A stretch of 64,000 nucleotides of DNA from Selaginella moellendorffii (lineage: Eukaryota > Plantae > Lycopodiophyta), in assembly GCF_000143415.4 (NCBI RefSeq), contig NW_003314427.1, positions 124,001 to 188,000 of the forward strand, written 5' to 3'. The notes beneath the pieces were generated by a model. That model saw nothing but the letters and a program-made list of their open reading frames with translations, had not been told where the DNA came from and searched no databases. This document shows positions 62,039-64,000 of this stretch, one piece after another (within the stretch, counting starts at the first letter, position 1; the number at the start of each line of letters is the position of its first letter). Both the position numbers and the translations under genes were made by a program.

Positions 62039-63189
62039 TGTAGCGCACGTGGTTTTGACCCTTTATCCTATGGTGATTTACCATAGGATAACACCACGAA
62101 GCAGAACCTAAACCCTCTTTGTGCCACGTGACAGATGCCACGTGTCACATACCACGTGTCCATGCCACGTGTCCATAGGAACCCGAGGTTCAGGGCCTTG
62201 GGCCACTGAACGAAGGAACAGTGCCAAACTCCCAAGCGTGACGCCAAGGAGTGATGAAACCGGACCACGGAGCAACTCCCGAGCATATAGCCCAAGGAGC
62301 GAAGGGACAGGGGCCCGGAGTGACTTGGAACAGTCCTAGAGCAACCAGCATCCCAATGCCAGGACCAGCACGCAAAACGGAGCCAAACAGAGTCTGGCGC
62401 TATTTCGGCATACCGGTGGCCTAACGCAAGGATATGGGTACTCCACCAACTAGCATGGAATGGAACTTGGGCTTAGACCCAAGCCGGACGCAGAACAAGG
62501 ACAGGCACGCAAGCGGGAGCTAGACTATGCCTCAGGTTGGTCGGCCATGCCCGACCTACCCACTATCCCTACTATACATTTGGAACCCCCCACAGCCCCC
62601 CCCCCCTTGAGGAACACACGCTTTGGGCTTTCACCCCAAGCCTCCCTTAGTATTAGGAGTTAGTCTCTAGGACAAGCTCGAAACTTACTAATTATGGAAT
62701 GTCCCTAGATTGTGAATTTGGACACGGGACGAACACCATTGTGTTCAGGCCAACTTCTACATTCCGTAGATATGCTAAATGAGCAAATCTGGACACTTTC
62801 CATAATTAGCATTTGGGACCGAAATGAGACTAACACAAAGGGCATGATAGCGAGGGTGTTTGGCAGACACGGTAAGCTATCATCTAGCGAATATTGAGGG
62901 ACCAATCTCAATATCGCGGGGGTTCCTAACACTAGCAAGTGCAAGCCAACATCATGAGTTTCTCATCACCGTGTCAAGTCTGCTTGACTAAATGACAACT
63001 TAGGATTTCCTTCCTTAGTGCCCTTCTGGTCTAAGTGCACATGTGATGACCAGTTTCTCAACTAGCTTAGGCGGAAATTGATAACGGGTCCAGCAATACC
63101 GACCTCCTGCCATCGTGGCAGTAAGGTAAGAGTGTCTGTAAGGACTAGCCGACAGGTAACTTTCGATACCCGAAGTCACATGCGCGACA
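62039..63189 (-). mobile_element. Solo LTR of the same family as 56587-57762, inserted in that element's interior
   Basis: Collinear with 56587-57762 and flanked by a perfect 5-bp TSD AAGGG (62034-62038 / 63190-63194). Confidence 0.9.
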
Positions 63190-64000
63190 AAGGGAAATCC
63201 TCATCACTTGAAATAATAATGCTACTTCCACTAACACAAGTGTTAGCGATGTCAATGCCTTAACTACACACCTTCTCTATCCAACAATTTACTCCAAGTG
63301 TTAACAGATAAACCAACAAGCTATAGCCAGTGAATACTATAACCCTTTCCAACACTTTATGGGCAAACCCTTGAGGAAACAAGGTACCAACTTAAGCTTA
63401 GCATAATGAACCATCTTCGAGAATCCAATTAAAGCTACTATAATGCTACTTCATGCAAGTAGACTAGCTTCACCATCAACCACTTTGGGGTTGATCATCG
63501 TTTAACCAAACAACTTCATAAACACATTGTTCACTATCAGATGGATATGAAATAGAAATCACAATGATTTAATCATCAATTGAGCAACACCACGAGTAAT
63601 GCCCATGTCACTATTACAAAGGTTTATGTGACTATCAAGTGTCAACTCGACTCGACAAAATGCAACATAAATGTCACACTCTACTGATAGAGACTTATAA
63701 CACCCAACACCACTAACTTTTATTCACAACATAGACAAGCTCAGAGGCAGACACCATGATCCAGCCCAACCAGACGGCCCACAACTGCGACCGAATCAGA
63801 GCTTTCTATGGATTAACCATCTCGGAACACAGGATGCGTAAATTCCAGACAGCCTTTTTAGCAGCCAAACACGCATGCCTTGAACGACTAAACCTGCAAG
63901 AAGATCAGCACCATCGTTGGTGGAAGGTGGATGAATCGATCGTATGCACCCTCCCCAACATGGCATCGGGACTAGTTTTCGAGGCAGGACAGGCTGGACG

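Larger units (their letters stand above)
56587..64000 (-). mobile_element. LTR retrotransposon (3' LTR 56587-57762 + PPT + decayed interior), extending beyond the window
   Basis: TGTAGC…GCGACA LTR followed by ctctccccct (PPT on the minus strand). The interior is homologous to the relic at 12430-14460. Confidence 0.75.

Noticed and set aside
56587-63189. Single intact LTR retrotransposon bounded by these two LTRs
   Set aside because: The outer flanks differ (ATAGA vs AAGGG) and the second LTR has its own TSD.

Overview
This is eukaryotic plant nuclear DNA, most likely from a compact-genome seed-free plant such as the lycophyte Selaginella. That is an inference from 50-70 bp introns, ~0.1-0.3 kb intergenic spacers, a DNAAF5 axonemal-assembly relic and a PPR relic. 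About 80% of the window is transposon-derived. Layout: (1) 1-4570 is a deletion-riddled mosaic of pseudogene fragments: DNAJC17-like, a GTPase/Cys-rich/VWA gene fused in frame to a copied 3' end of the gene at 34872-35405, and DNAAF5-like. (2) ~4570-14500 holds a dead hAT transposase, an unknown gene relic and AT-decayed retroelement/Cassandra relics. (3) ~14600-32265 is a decayed Ty3/gypsy element split by a ~12.85 kb TIR DNA transposon (15717-28566). This transposon encodes a GCM-like/Mutator-type DDE/SWIM transposase and, divergently, an intron-containing prokaryote-like ParB-N + beta-class N4C/N6A DNA methyltransferase gene, plus three orphan ORFs. It is the most interesting system in the window, although this copy is pseudogenised. 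(4) 34872-40717 is an island of host genes: a conserved unknown, RING-FYVE-SYLF, TMEM230-like, a Zn-finger protein and a frameshifted bulb-type lectin. (5) 41196-55288 is a Crinkler-like NTPase + restriction-endonuclease-fold gene, interrupted by a Ty3/gypsy element that itself contains a young non-autonomous LTR element with minisatellite-bearing LTRs. (6) 56587-64000 is another LTR element carrying an intact 593-bp Cassandra TRIM (5S rRNA-derived LTRs) and a same-family solo LTR. All family assignments come from motif recognition by eye; no database searches were run.
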